Source: Rhizodiscina lignyota
Taxonomy: Eukaryota
Assembly: GCA_010015805.1 (NCBI GenBank)
Contig: ML978134.1
Span: 496,001-560,000 of the forward strand
Direction of reading: 5' to 3'
Length of the DNA stretch: 64,000 nt
The notes below the pieces were generated by a model that saw only the letters and a list, made by a program, of their open reading frames with translations, had not been told where the DNA came from and made no database searches. Shown in pieces: positions 1 to 13,798 of this stretch; the stretch's first letter is position 1; each line of letters starts with the position of its first letter. A program made the position numbers and the translations under genes.

Positions 1-208
1 GCGCACCTAGCAGATACGCCATCGCTGTAAATGAGCCTAGTAAACTTTTGCGCCCCCTCGATATGGCAAATTGGTATCATTCCATCGCCGCTCGTCGTGT
101 GGTTTGTCCAACCATGCAATGTGAATGCAACGCCTTCAAGCCCAAATCATGTGTGCCGCCGCATGTAACGCCGGAGTCGCCCGATGTAGTCAAACGCTGT
201 CGCTCTAC

Positions 209-1019
209 TTAAATTGGCTTAATCTGCAACAGAAATGTCAGCTCTTGTGGCAGCGCATGCTGGATATGCCACAATCTACCTTGAAGTGGAGCGAGATCAG
301 CGAGAAGACCAACGCTTTCAGATCTTGAACCAAGTAATAGAAGACTCTGAGGCCCTCAGGATCTTCCGACTCCGAGACGTCTACTAAGGAGCCTATCTTC
401 GCGGTCTGCACAGTGTGAGCTATGCCCCTCTATGCTGTTTCGTCTCTGACGTACCTCGAAGTTGATGTGATCGTTGCCCAAACGAATTTCAAGCTCCTGC
501 CGTCCGTCCTTATTCTTCTGGGGCCAGCGCGCGTCATCTTCCCTGCCAAAGTGTTAAGGTTCGTGTAGGTGTCAGGTCTGGGTTGAGGAGCCGTACTTCA
601 TAATCTCGCTGTCTTTGACGATACGCCTGATCTCAGATATCATGAGAGAGCTAACGCACACTGTTCAAGGTGATGGTAAGCTTCGTATTCCGCTCAACTC
701 AACACACACGAGCGTAGAAGTGGCGGACATACTCTCTTTGCGAATTAGGGTGTCATTGCGGTAGTTTGAGTTGTTCGCGTAGCGCAACGATGCACTTCGG
801 CCGTCTCCAAGAACCCGGACATCGAATTCTGAAGGATAGTTAGTGAGATAAGCCTCTATAGAGTAGCTGTTGCTGAATTGATCCTACCCAGGAATTCGTG
901 TCCATGACGTCCAGAGTGTCCTGAGCTATGATTTACGCGTTAGTTTTACTGGCATTAGAATTTGAAGTGCTGCCTCACTAGTATCGAAGGTAGAACTCGT
1001 TATTTGCGGTGGTCGACAT
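209..1019 (-). CDS. mago: Mago nashi (exon junction complex core subunit), 7 exons
   Basis: Splicing six GT..AG introns by eye gives [155 protein letters not shown], which matches the Mago nashi consensus. Confidence 0.95.
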
Positions 1020-1411
1020 GTTGACTGTTGTTGAAAGGTCGAGGCTATCTCGAGCTGGCCTTGAAGTTGTATGCAATTGCGGGACGTATTTGAAGTTCTG
1101 CCGGCTTTCACCGCCTTCCAGCACACCCTGGAGCGTCAACTTGTCCTGAAGAGGGATTTCAGAGAAGAGCGCGTTAAATGTCCAAATCTTACGCACCAAG
1201 TAATTATAACGTACAATTTTATTGCCTTCTCTAGCTGACAATGGCAGGCTTCCAAATGTTGCCATGAATCTTGAACAACGCAGCTTTCCCACTCCGAAGT
1301 CATACCGCATTCCAGAAAGCTGAGCACCACGGTGGAGACTCAGCATACACCTTCTTCGAGCGAAATCCCGTTCAAACCACCTTCCAATCCTTCCTCTGAA
1401 TCTCTTACAAG

Positions 1412-4400
1412 ATGGCGACCTTCCTAGATACGGCGTACAGCTTGGTCCACCAGGACAACACGGCGGACCAGCCTACGTTGCAGGAGCTGAAGACGCAACT
1501 CGAGAAGGGCACCGATGATTCCAAAGTCGAAACAATGAAGCGGATATTGACAATCATGCTCAATGGGGACCCTATGATTGGACTGCTCATGCACATTATC
1601 CGTTTTGTCATGCCGTCGAAGAGCAAGCCTCTGAAGAAGCTGTTGTACCTGTATTACGAGATATGTCCCAAGCTTGACAACAGCGGCAAATTGAGGCAGG
1701 AGTGGATCCTGGTTTGGTAAGTGCCTTCTGGGCTTCGATCAAAGTCTATTTTACACCTGATTTAATACGAATACAGCAATGGTATCCGATTAGACCTTCA
1801 ACATCCCAACGAATACGTTCGAGGCAACACTCTTCGCTTCCTCTGCAAGCTTCGAGAGGCAGAGTTGGTCGAGCCTCTCCTACAACCAGCGCGTCAGTGC
1901 CTCGAGCATCGCCATGCATACGTTCGAAAGAATGCTGTCTTTGCCATCGCATCCATCTATCAACATCTCGAGCAGCTCATCCCGGACGCCCCGGAGCTCC
2001 TTCAGAACTTTTTGGCAGAGGAGAACGATCATACTTGCAAACGCAATGCCTTTGCGGCGCTCATGTCGATCAGCCATGAAAAGGCGCTGGAATACTTGAG
2101 CGGAGTCTTCGATGGCATACCAAATGCGGACGAGCTCTTACAGCTGGCAGAGCTGGAATTCATAAGAAAAGACGCTGTGGCCAACCAACAAAACAAAGCT
2201 CGGTATTTACGACTGATCTTCGACTTGTTGGAAGCGAATACTGCTACAGTCGTCTACGAGGCCGCTTCATCCCTCACAACACTGACCAGCAATCCGGTAG
2301 CGGTCAAGGCTGCAGCTGCCAAGTTCATTGAGCTTAGTATCAAGGAGCCAGACAACAACGTCAAGCTTATCGTGCTCGAGAAAGTAGATCAGCTGAGGCA
2401 AAAGAACGAGGGCATTCTGGATGACCTTACCATGGAGATCCTACGTGTTCTTTCAAGTCCGGATATTGACGTCAGGCGGAAAGCTCTGTTGATTGTTCTG
2501 GAAATGGTGTCTAGTAAGAACGTTGAGGACGTGGTCATGCTACTGAAGAAGGAGCTCGCAAAGACTGTTGACGAAGAATACGAAAAGGTGCGCTTTCTCT
2601 CTAAGGCTGTATATTTCAAGAGTCCTAACTGCTGCAGAACAACGAGTATCGTTCGCTTCTCATACATGCGATACACCAATGCGCAATCAAGTTCTCCCAA
2701 GTCGCTTCCAGCGTTGTTGGCTCTCTCATGGATTTCATTGCCGATTTCTCCAGTGCTTCGGCCGTTGATGTCATCTCCTTTGTCAAAGAAGTTGTGGAGA
2801 AGTTTCCAGATCTTCGACCTTCCATTGTTGAGAGGCTTGTTTCTACCCTGAGCGAGGTTCGTGCTGGCAAGGTCTATCGTGGTGCTCTATGGATTGTTGG
2901 CGAATATTCCTTCGAAGCAAACGACATCCGGGAAGCTTGGAAACGCATCCGAGCTAGTCTTGGCGAGATACCCATTTTAGCTTCCGAACAGCGACTGCTG
3001 GAAGAGGTGCCGGATGAACAGGCGGAGTCGCATATCAAGGATCAAGTCAACGGACATGCTAAACCCTCTGGCTCACGGAAAGTCTTGGCAGATGGCACAT
3101 ACGCGACAGAGAGCGCATTGACAAGCCAAGCTGCTGTGAAGGCGAAGCTAGAAGCAGTGAAAGCAGCACAGAAGCCGCCACTTCGACAACTTATCTTGGA
3201 AGGAGACTATTACCTCGCGACGGTTCTTGCGTCCACTCTTACGAAACTTGTCATGCGTCACTCTGAGATCACCAAGGATACTGCAAGAACGAATTCATTG
3301 CGTGCCGAGGCCATGCTCATCATGATTTCTATCATCCGAGTTGGTCAGTCTCAGTTCGTCAAGGCTCCCATAGATGAGGACTCAGTCGACCGTATCATGT
3401 CTTGCGTACGCTCGCTTGCGGAGTTTGCACAGAAGAAAGATTTGGAAACGATTTTCTTGGACGACACACGACAGGCTTTCCGTGCAATGGTACAGGCTGA
3501 AGAGAAGAAGCGTGCAGCAAAGGAGGCCGTGGAGAAAGCCAAGTCCGCCATTCAAGTCGACGACGTGGTCTCTATCAGACAACTCGTCAAGAAAACGACT
3601 GTTGATGGTGCGGACGAATTTGACGTTGATCTTGAGAAGGCCACAGGCGGTGATGTGGCCTCTGAAGATCTCGCGTCGAAGCTCAGCAAGGTCGTCCAAC
3701 TCACTGGATTCTCAGATCCTGTGTATGCCGAGGCATACGTCAAAGTCCATCAATTCGACATTGTCCTGGATGTGCTACTGGTCAACCAGACTACCGAAAC
3801 ATTACAGAACCTGTCCGTTGAATTCGCTACTCTTGGCGACCTCAAAGTTGTCGAGCGTCCAACAACTCAAAACCTTGCCCCACACGATTTTCAGAACGTC
3901 CAGGCTACGATCAAAGTCTCATCGACGGACACTGGTGTCATCTTTGGCAATGTGGTCTATGATGGCCCTTCATCTACCGAGACCAACGTGGTCATTCTGA
4001 ACGATGTGCACGTTGATATCATGGACTACATCCAGCCGGCGACTTGCTCAGAGACCCAATTCCGAACCATGTGGACAGAATTCGAGTGGGAGAACAAGGT
4101 TAACATCAACAGCAAGGCGAAAAATCTGAGAGACTTCTTGAAGCAACTCATGCAGTCTACGAATATGAGCTGCTTGACACCCGAAGCAAGTTTACAAGGA
4201 GATTGTCAGTTCTTGAGCGCAAATCTATACGCGAGGAGCGTTTTTGGTAAGCCTGTGCCCTTCTGCACTGCATGCATGTGGACACGATGCTAACGTCATC
4301 CCAGGCGAGGATGCCTTGGCGAATTTGAGTATTGAGAAGGAAGGCGAGAACGGACCCATTACAGGATTCGTCAGAATAAGAAGCCGGTCTCAAGGTTTGG

Positions 4401-4450
4401 CTCTAAGCTTGGGCGCGCTGAAGGGGCTGAACAAGGCGACGTCTTCATGA
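1412..4450 (+). CDS. SEC26: Coatomer subunit beta (beta-COP), 4 exons
   Basis: Motifs [61 protein letters not shown] and [15 protein letters not shown]; introns about 1717-1776, 2588-2637 and 4247-4304. Confidence 0.96.
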
Positions 4451-5258
4451 TAGATGATATAATGTCGCAGCAGCGTCTACTGTTGTTGGTTCGAGGTGGT
4501 TCGGCGTTGTACAAGCGTTGCTGAGCATACTTGAGGGGTAGTAAAATGCGGTACTTGTGAAAGGTTTATCGGAATATCACCCTGCAGCGATGCAGCTGTT
4601 CTACTTGCTCTGGATTCTCAACTCTTCCGCGTGCCTCGTGTTGATTTGTGGAGTCGAATGTGCCTCGGCCGCACGCATTGAGCTTACGTAGACCCAGGGA
4701 CCTTAGGAGCAGCAAAGTCGGACACAGGGCCACTAAGGTCGATATAGGGAGACGTATGCGAGAAATCGCGGGAGCGGGAGTTGTTTTGCTTATTAGCCAA
4801 AAGCCAGCCTAGAACTCTTGCAATCCCCTCACCTTGCGCACGTAGAGCATATTTCCACCGTACGTAACAATTTCCATCGGACGTACCGCTGACATAAGTC
4901 CCCTCGTTTAAACTTGATAAAGTCTTCTGCAGACGGGGAGAGTAGCATTCAGCCAGTGGCCCATCCGGCCAGCGCCGGAGAAACATCCCTGAGTGGCATC
5001 GGCCATTTGTCTCCAAGACAGCTTCAGCTTTCCCAATTCCCATTAGTGAGTGAGCAAGCGCGCACCCGTCGACCGTCCCCCCCAGAAACCAAACCCACCC
5101 TTCCAGGAAGTCCAGTGTGCCAGAATGCTGGAGGCCGCCGGTACATGACTAGCTCCTACCAGGCCATCTACTTGAATTGCTTCACGTCGCCTGTCCTGCT
5201 CAGTCTCTCGTTGGCCCTGTGCGCGTCATGTGCCGCCGTGTACCTCAACTTCTTCAGC

Positions 5259-6938
5259 ATGGCGAACGGAAGTGAGAATTCGGAACGCGATCCGTTCGTT
5301 GACCCACCGGCAGCGGCCACGTCGGAGCAGGCGAGTGGTGATGCTACCGCGACACTGGCTTGTGGGAGGGATGTTGCGCTCACTCTGGGAAAGGAGGGTC
5401 TCATTATTATAGGTATACTCGTCGTAGCTCGCCCCCATTGTCTGGACTAACAGAGGAATATATAGATGAAAATCATACTACTGAAGCGCGGTTATGTGGT
5501 CTCATCCCCAAAAGTTCGTCTACTGCCCTTCCTCCGCGTTCGTCCGCATATATGTAGCTGTATACTCACAATCGCACCAGAGACCGTTCCCACTCGTTCG
5601 ATATCGTACTTTCATATCCTCTGGGCCGAGCAAGATGACTCCGACATCTTCATTCACTATGCCCAAGCGAAGAGCTCCTCCGTCCTCCGCGCCGCAACCC
5701 TCTCCTACCCACTTGAGAAGCCTTCATCGACAGACGTTCAGCCGTGGATCGAGCGCCTCCTTGACCGCGCGTACGGCTCTGCACAGCGCCGGAAGCGCAT
5801 CAAGGTGCTCGTAAACCCATTCGGTGGGAAAGGCGGTGCAGCACGATATTATACGCGAGACATTGAACCCATATTCGCAGCTGCACGATGCGAGATTGAC
5901 GTTGAGCGCACACAATTCAGTGGCCATGCGGTGGAGCTTGCGGAGCAGCTGGATCCAGACAAATGGGATGTAGTCGCGTGCTGCTCGGGCGACGGTGTGC
6001 CGCACGAAGTGTTCAATGGCTTGGCAAAGCAGAAGGATGCTCGCAAGGCATTGAGACAGATTGCGGTCGCGCAGATGCCGTGTGGCAGCGGCAATGCCAT
6101 GAGCATCAATCTAAATGGGACCACGAGCTGTAGCGTAGCAGCAGTATGCGTCGTCAAAGGATTGAGAAGGCCGCTTGATCTCGTGTCAATCACGCAGGGC
6201 GACAAACGCTTTTTCAGTTTCCTGTCGCAGTCTGTGGGCATTGTCGCAGAGAGCGACCTCGGGACAGACCATTTGCGGTGGATGGGCGACTTCCGGTTCA
6301 CATGGGGCTTCCTGGTCAGACTACTTGGCAAGACAGTGTACCCGTGCGACATCGCTGTCGCCATAGAGATTGCGGACAAGGCGGCGATTCGAGACGCATA
6401 CCATCGAGGAATTGAGGAGGCTGCGGCGCATTTACCTGCGAACCAAATCAACAACGACAACCTTCTGGAGAATGGACACGTGGCTGGTGCAGAAGATGAG
6501 ACCGACCTACCTCCCCTTCGATATGGTACAATTAAAGACCCTCTACCGGAAGGGTGGACGCTTGTCCCGCACGACACCATAGGAAATTTCTTCGCCGGGA
6601 ACATGGCGTATATGGCTGCGGACGCGAATTTCTTCTCAGCCTCGCTGCCATCGGATGGCTACCTTGATCTCATCCGGATCGATGGGCTCATCAAGAGGCG
6701 TCTCGCCCTCCAAATGCTGACGGCCGTGGAAAGCGGCAAGCTATTCGGCATGGATGCTGTCGATTACACGAAAATCAGTGGGTACAGGATCATCCCGAAG
6801 AGCAGAGAAGACGGGTACATCAGCATCGATGGGGAGAGAGTACCCTTTGAACAGTATCAGGCAGAGGTTCACAAGGGACTGGGGACGGTGCTGATGAGGG
6901 ATGTGAGCGGTGGTTATCAGGCCAAAGGTCCTTCGTAG
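5259..6938 (+). CDS. Sphingoid long-chain base kinase (DAG-kinase catalytic family, Lcb4/Lcb5-like)
   Basis: VLVNPFGGKG, CCSGDGVPHEVFNGL, PCGSGNAMS, LRWMGDFRF and GYISIDGE motifs; ATG at 5259 with two 5' introns (about 5413-5465 and 5515-5580). Confidence 0.9.
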
Positions 6939-8911
6939 AAAGAGGCAGTATTTGGATATACTGTTCTATTGTAGATTCACTGATACCCATATTAATAGAA
7001 AGGCTAGGGGAGGCGTTATTGACTCGAATAAATGTTTAACATTACCGTATCGATCTGTATTGCTTCTGGCATGTAAACTAGTAATTGCATGGTTTGATTT
7101 CCTCAACTCCCGTTCTCTTATTTCGGTCACTGTCCCGTCTAGGTATTCGTCGTCCAGTCATCTCGGACTTCGCAACATGAGAAATCTGTACAGAAATTTC
7201 TCTGCACCCATCAATCCAGTAGTATTCACGTGCAGTCTCCACGAGACCTCCATACCGAGTTCGGAGTGGAGTGCACATCATAAACACGGATTGATACCGA
7301 GAGTCAAGATAACCACGGGGCTTCTCACAATAGGGAGGTCGTAAGACATTTTCCAATTTTCACCGGCGGGACAAAGGTTCTGAACTACTGATGATGAAGA
7401 GCATCGTTGCCGACTCGCCGATGAAGGTGGTGGTGGAGATGATAGACAGGAACGAGGCGATGGATCAGGCAAGGCTTTGCGTTGACAGCTGAGCCTCAAA
7501 AACGACACAAACGACAACTGAGCAGACGACGGACTTCAAGATGCTGCGTCGAGGACAGAGGCGTCGCCGCGTCGAATGGGTTCAGCGGCACGTCAATCAT
7601 GCCGCCTTACGGCGCTTGGCAGATGATCTTATTATTGACCTCATATCAAAGCTCTCGACCATGACTCCGGACTTCGCAAACATGGGGCGATCTCGGACAA
7701 TTGCTGGGCCAATACGGAGTACTGCGAGAATATGCTGGTTGACGACGTCGGTGAATACAGTGGCAGTTCGGTGGAGAGTATCTTAGAGAGGTGAAGCACA
7801 CAAAACAAATAAAGAATGATGCTGTGGTTACTTGATGCTCCGTAAATGTACAGTCGTTACAAGGGTATGTTCAGCGGGATTCGGGGAAATGTGTACTAGG
7901 CTTGGCAGATGGAGAATCGACTTCCAGAGCATGTCATCAGCCTTCCACCGACGGACAAAGCCTCCAGGATCTGAGCAGACCTTCGAAGCAAAGTTGGGGA
8001 AATCCTTCGAAAGCAGTCTGTGGTGGCAGAGAGGGTCCGTCACGGCGATGAGTGGAGGCTTGGCATCATATTCTTAGCAAATGTCTCCGCTCCGAGGGCA
8101 CGACGTCGGCATTTCGAGGTGCACAAACCGCCGATGGCATCGCGTGAAATCTCCACAATTTCGTTTCACGACGGCGGACGAGAGCACTGCGCAAGACGTC
8201 GTCAGCCCCGCTGAGGAAAAGTGACGTGGTTCGCGTGCGGCCTCGACATCCCCTCCCATGGTCCATCTCATCTTCCCTCCCAGGTTCGGAGTCTACATCC
8301 GATCTGCCCTCTGAAACACAACGTCGGTGTTGGCGCGTCGTTTGAGAGGTTGCGCGCGCTGTGCTGCGGCTGCGCCCGGCTTCTTCCATGATGATGGCCT
8401 GCTTAGTCCCATAAGACGGTGCCGTGGTTGGCGAAGCTCAACTGCAAGTGCGGAGACCCGAAGGTATGTGAATAGGTCGGAGAGCAGAGGAACGCGTCAC
8501 CCACCACACGCCAGACTACACTTTAACGGCTTCTCTAAGCAGGATTGGGACATGATGAGCCTCGCCGGGCGGTTTTTTTGTTGCGTGAAACCAAAAAAAA
8601 AGTAGGGCACGCACTTGTCTTTGCGCTGTGGTGGAGCTTGGAGCACACGCGGGAAAAGCTTGACACTCAGCCTTCCGTGGTAATTGCATGGCTTGCGCAG
8701 CCCCTTCATCACCATCCAGTCTAGAGACGATTGTCGTCACCGGGAAAGCTAGTATAAGTATTCGCGCGGCCGCCCTTCCGGGAATTGTTTGTTCATCAAG
8801 GCCTCTCTCCTCCAGTCTACTGTTGTGCAATTCTCAACCACTACCAACCTAATCGTAATACTCCACCACAGCTGCACTTAATTTCCGATATCCACCTCTA
8901 AATCCGTCAAC

Positions 8912-9770
8912 ATGATGTACAACACCATTGCGGTTACTGCCGCTCTCTTCACTGCTGTCCTCGCGGTTCCCGCTCCGGATTCCGCGACCATCACCCCGGC
9001 ACCTTCAGCAACTGGCGGTTGGGGTGGAGCTGGTGGCTTCGGTGGATTCGGCCTGGACAGCTCTGACTTTTCATCTTGGACTTCCGCACATCCCTCCGAG
9101 GCGTCAGCCCTCTCCTCCTGGACCTCCGCCAACCCGTCCGCTGCGTCGTGGTACTCAAGCTACACCTCCGCCCACCCGTCGGACGGGTTCCCAACCTCGT
9201 GGCCTTCCGGCAGTAGCTGGGCCAGCGACTTCAGCAGCATCTGGGCCAGCGCAACCTCCGCTGGTGGCGCCTGGGGTGGACCTGGTGGATGGGGCTCGGG
9301 TGCGGGACCATGGGGTGCTGGTGGTCACGGTTGGGGACCATTTGGTTCAAGTGGTGCATGGACTACCGGTCCATGGTAAGTCACGAGCAACGATCATGTC
9401 CCCTCATTCAAACCATTCTAATGAGAACAACAGGACCGATTGGTGGGGCTCCGCAAGTGCCTCTGGAGGCTGCCCTGGTGAGAACTGGTCCGGATGGACG
9501 TCCGGTAGCTGGAGCACCAACGCACCCTGGACCACTTGGTCTGGCTGCTCTGCTTCCACAACGGCGACGAGCGTTGTCACCACGACCGTCTCCGGCCACG
9601 AGACAACGTCCACTAGCTTTGGCTTTCAGGTCGCTGAGGCTCAGACGTCTGGATCCACCGGTAGCGCTGCATCTGCCTCAGCATCGCCCACGACTGGCGC
9701 TGCGGGCAAGAAGGAGGTCGCCATGGGTGGTGCCGTCGTTGCCTTCATCGGTGCTGTCGCGTTGCTCTAG
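8912..9770 (+). CDS. Secreted, probably GPI-anchored Ser/Gly/Trp-rich cell-surface protein, 2 exons
   Basis: N-terminal signal (MMYNTIAVTAALFTAVLA); intron about 9376-9433 (GTAAGT..CTAAT..CAG) joins the two ORFs; S/T-rich stalk; hydrophobic C-terminal tail (MGGAVVAFIGAVALL). Confidence 0.85.
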
Positions 9771-12700
9771 ATGATTACGGAGACTGAAGAAGACTGAAGA
9801 TGAAAATCTGGCTCGAAATGCATTGTACGAAGCACTGAAGATGGCGAAATTGGGACGGTTACTTGACTGTTTGTCTAGTGGCGTTTGAGGATTTTGTGGA
9901 GCGGAGACTTTGGATTTCAACCTGCAAGAGGATCATGGATACGGCGTCATGAGTGAAGAGAAGATTGCTACCCCGACCTCTTATCATACTGTACTTAAAC
10001 ACGGATACCGGAAAGACTGCACATCGCATGTCGATCTTATGAGAACCCTGAGCTTCAAATAGAGTGCCCTGCCCCACACTGCCTGTGTTGTGTCACGCAT
10101 AAAATATACTTACAGAGGCTATATGATCTCCGACAGCCGTTGACAAGCCGATCACGGACCCCTAACGGCGTTTTAGCTTTTTGATCCATTGCGCATTTCG
10201 CCGCGTGCGCTACCGGCGGGAATGTCAGATGCAAGAACGTGCGAGGCGACAGGCCCGCCCATGTCAAGTTGGATCAGTCTAGAGTTTCTCCCCATGCTTA
10301 AGCCTCGCGAGATGCCAGCGTTGCAGGCGCACTTTTGCCAAAATGCCTGAGGGCCAGGAATCGGCGAAGATTAGCTTCGCTTCCGTTTAGGCACAACTTG
10401 CCCGGGCGAGCATAAGTGCGCCATGTATAGCACTCCCCTCCGGGTCGATCTCGCAGTTCAGCATGTCGCGCAGCAGCAGCTGGCAAGCTTCTGCCTGTCT
10501 TTAATTACGGCCAAGTTCCGGTGTGCTCTGGTAGCGTTGCATTCCTCGCTGCTGGGAGCGTTGGGACGCGCAAATCGCAATTTCTTTGTGCGCGCGCAAG
10601 GGCTTTTGAGACGCGCTGGTTACACAGCGTCGCGATGGTTGAACAGGCAAAAGCGAAAACGACATGCCCATGGGCAGAGCGGTGGAGCACATGATTGCGC
10701 CATCGCCGTCGATGCGTGTATCGATAGTGAGGGCGATTGGCAGACGCCAGTGCTCGAAACGATGCGTATGGGGTGTGGAACGCGCTTGGTGAAGGTGTAT
10801 CGATAAGTGTATAGACTATAGTTAGCGATGTCAACGGCGCGCGCCTCCGACCAGGAGGTGAAGAGCACGGCGACTGAACGGGCCGTTGGCGAGAGCCGTA
10901 GTTACCGCGACTAAGTTCTTGGAAGCATGGGCGGAGGAGTAAACTCCATAGCTTGTCGAGCACCGGCCGATTCAAACTTCGTTCCGTGCCTTCGTCGAAT
11001 TGTGCGAGTCAGGAGTCGCAATCTTGAGATCCTGGTGGCGGGTTCGCGAAATTGGGGTTGAGGCTCTGGGGAAGAAACTTGGTGGGCAAATGACAAGAAG
11101 GGCGATGCTTAGTCTCCGTTTGGAAACCAGGAAGTGAGAGCATGGGGGAGCTGGGCTTTTGGGACGGTTTGATACGTCGGCCAGAGATGGATTGGGAAGG
11201 TCTGCGTCCAGCTCGTCTGGCAGGCGTCAGAACTCTGATGCATCTTGCATATCCTGAAGGCCTCAGTGTGAGGTGAGAATACAGTAATGACAGCACAACT
11301 TGCTGCACGGTGCTTAGCCGAGCAAAGCCAGCTACTGGGTCAAGAGTTGGTGGAGTGTCCTCCGTACCAGTATGAGTATTGAAGGCTTCGAATCGAGCCG
11401 CCGTTCCCGTTCAACGCTCTTCTGGGCGCCATCCTGGGCGTTTTAGCCTGACCGGGGGCAACGACAAGCTGCATTTGAGATCAAGCATCAAGTTACGATG
11501 CACATCTTCCGTCGCGGACAAGCTTCATTCCGGAGGGCCATGTTCAAATTCTCCAGTCCAATTGCCCGTTCACGTTGATAGCGGAACAAGGCGGATAAGA
11601 TCGAGGTCAGATTCAGCTGTTCGCCTGGTGGTTGCGTTCGTGCAACCCTCTTGCTTCAGATTCTGCGGATTCCATTGACGTCCCGAGAAGCGGCCACCAC
11701 GCCGCCCTGCAATGGCTGACAACCAATGAATTGCCTGCAGGCTGAGTGTTGGAACCAAGGACGCCGCCGACGGATTGGATGGAGGGACGGCAGGCGTTTG
11801 AGGAGGCCTCGAGGCATCACGAGGCCCTCCATCAGACGTCGGGCAAGACAGCACCATGCTCGCGTAACGGCGCCGTTCTTGTGCCCGCCGCAATCTCTCG
11901 TGGCCGGTCATACTCATCTCGATGTCTCTCCCGGTTCCTGCGTGCTGTGCCTGACTTGCGCATGCGCTGGCTGCAGCACTGCTGCACGTCTTCTGCAATG
12001 CGCCTCTAGTGTCGTCAGTGCGCTGCTGCGCTGGCTGCTGCTGCGTGGTCGAGTGCTGGACTTCAGGGGTAAGTTTCTTCACCACTCCGCCGACCCTCAA
12101 ACCTGAGCAGCGAACGTCTGCCATGTTGCTTGCCCTCGCTCCCCACCTTTCCCTCGCCCTCCCATCCCTCCACCACACGCTGCATTCGGCGAAAGTGCCG
12201 GGCGAAGTTGTACGCCCCAAGCGCGGCGATGATGCAGCTTGGAGGGGTCGGCCCCGTGTCGAGCCTATCGTCAACTTTCTCCACACCCACACACCACATC
12301 GTCTGACCGACTCTCTTTCTCGGTGCGCAATGGCGTCGCTGCAGATGTCTGACTCTTGTCTCTCGTGCCTGGAGCTAATTCCAGTTCATGCCATGCCCGC
12401 CCGCCCACACCTCGACTAGCCTCAATCCGATCGATGCGCATGTGCCCTCCGCCTTCCGCTCTTAGCATCCATCGCTGTAAGACGTGTCTGTCTTATATCC
12501 GTATGCTGGCCCTCACCGCTCCCGAGCTTCTTAAGCACTCACTGTCTCTTCTGCTGTTCGAATATGGGAGGTGCATTCTGGCCACTCATGTCAATGTCAA
12601 TGTCATTCTGATTATTCTGCATATTCACTACGCCGCAGCCGTCGCCGCGTCCACCCCAGCTTTGCTCCCCACTCTCCCAGTGTTGCTTTTTCAGCCTCTC

Positions 12701-12931
12701 TGCGACGAAAATGCATTAGGAAGCCATTGGCGCCTACTCTTTGGTCCAGATGAGAGCATCTGGCCCTGAACGCTTTCTTAAACCGTTGATCACCCCGGAT
12801 CACCTCGTATTCGGCCGTCAAGCGCTCTCATATTTGTCTGCCGCAGTCTCCCTTTGAGAGGAAGGCCATTTCCACTGCCTTGTCAGGCACCTCGACACAT
12901 TTACACTCCTTTTCGACAACACCGATATGAG

Positions 12932-13798
12932 ATGACTTCGACACAGACCGGCGCCGCTCTATCACCCACATCAGCGACGCCTTCGCCTACCCACAACGAT
13001 GCTCCAATTCCTCAGCATGGCACCTCGGCATCACGTCGCAATCTCGTCATTATTCTCGCCGTCGTCATCAGCGTACTGGTAACAGCAACTGTCGTGTTCA
13101 TCGTCCTTGGCTGCCGGAAGAAGAATAAACGACTACGATTATTCCACCGTGCTGTCACACCACTATCAGATGCCGAGTTTGACCTATGGCGTCGCCCCAG
13201 CAAAACACCGCTGGTGTACAAATCCAGTGGAACGACGGTCTACAAGTCTTCCGGGACCAGATTCGATGCCGATGTAAAGGAACCGTCGCCGGTATGTCAG
13301 GTCGTCAGGATCGACTCGAAGACATACGCTATCCCACCACGACCTCTCACGCCGCCTCAAAAACCACAATCTTCTTCACCAACAGCCACAGATTCTCCAA
13401 CTACCAGTACACGTCCTCTTGCCCGTACTGTGTCCATTGCTACTACCACCTCTCGCCACAAGTCTAGCATGTCGTTGCAAGATCGACCACCAACTCCCTA
13501 CTCTCCATCAACACCACCCACTGGCTGGGACAGTGAGACTCTCTTCAGCGAGGGCATACCTCAGAGCCCTCGCCAGAGAGAGCATCGAGTGCACGTGCAC
13601 TACCCGTCTGTGTCTGAAGTATCAGACTTTGACTTTGGTTTCGGCTACGGCCCACCAGACAGTCCACGACGGGAGTCTACACGGCGCGAATCATGGGTTC
13701 ACCATTCTCGACGGTTCTCTTCATTCGGGCAGGGACATCCTAGTTTCCAAGGTTTCAACTTCCCTGATGTAGATGATTTCAAGAAGAGGGACTTATGA
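12932..13798 (+). CDS. Single-pass membrane protein with a Pro/Ser-rich cytoplasmic tail, function unknown
   Basis: One strongly hydrophobic segment (LVIILAVVISVLVTATVVFIVLG) followed by basic RKKNKR and a disordered tail; start placed at the first in-frame ATG. Confidence 0.75.
   Translation: MTSTQTGAALSPTSATPSPTHNDAPIPQHGTSASRRNLVIILAVVISVLVTATVVFIVLGCRKKNKRLRLFHRAVTPLSDAEFDLWRRPSKTPLVYKSSGTTVYKSSGTRFDADVKEPSPVCQVVRIDSKTYAIPPRPLTPPQKPQSSSPTATDSPTTSTRPLARTVSIATTTSRHKSSMSLQDRPPTPYSPSTPPTGWDSETLFSEGIPQSPRQREHRVHVHYPSVSEVSDFDFGFGYGPPDSPRRESTRRESWVHHSRRFSSFGQGHPSFQGFNFPDVDDFKKRDL

Noticed and set aside
978..1346. 122-aa minus-strand ORF
   Set aside because: Only its last 13 codons are real (mago exon 1); the rest is promoter/UTR read-through.
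6940..8900. Short overlapping ORFs between the kinase and the GPI protein
   Set aside because: No recognisable motif or consistent splice model; a small gene cannot be excluded.
9780..12900. Many 60-240 aa ORFs on both strands
   Set aside because: Arg/Ser/Ala-rich GC-driven ORFs without domains; more likely regulatory or UTR sequence.
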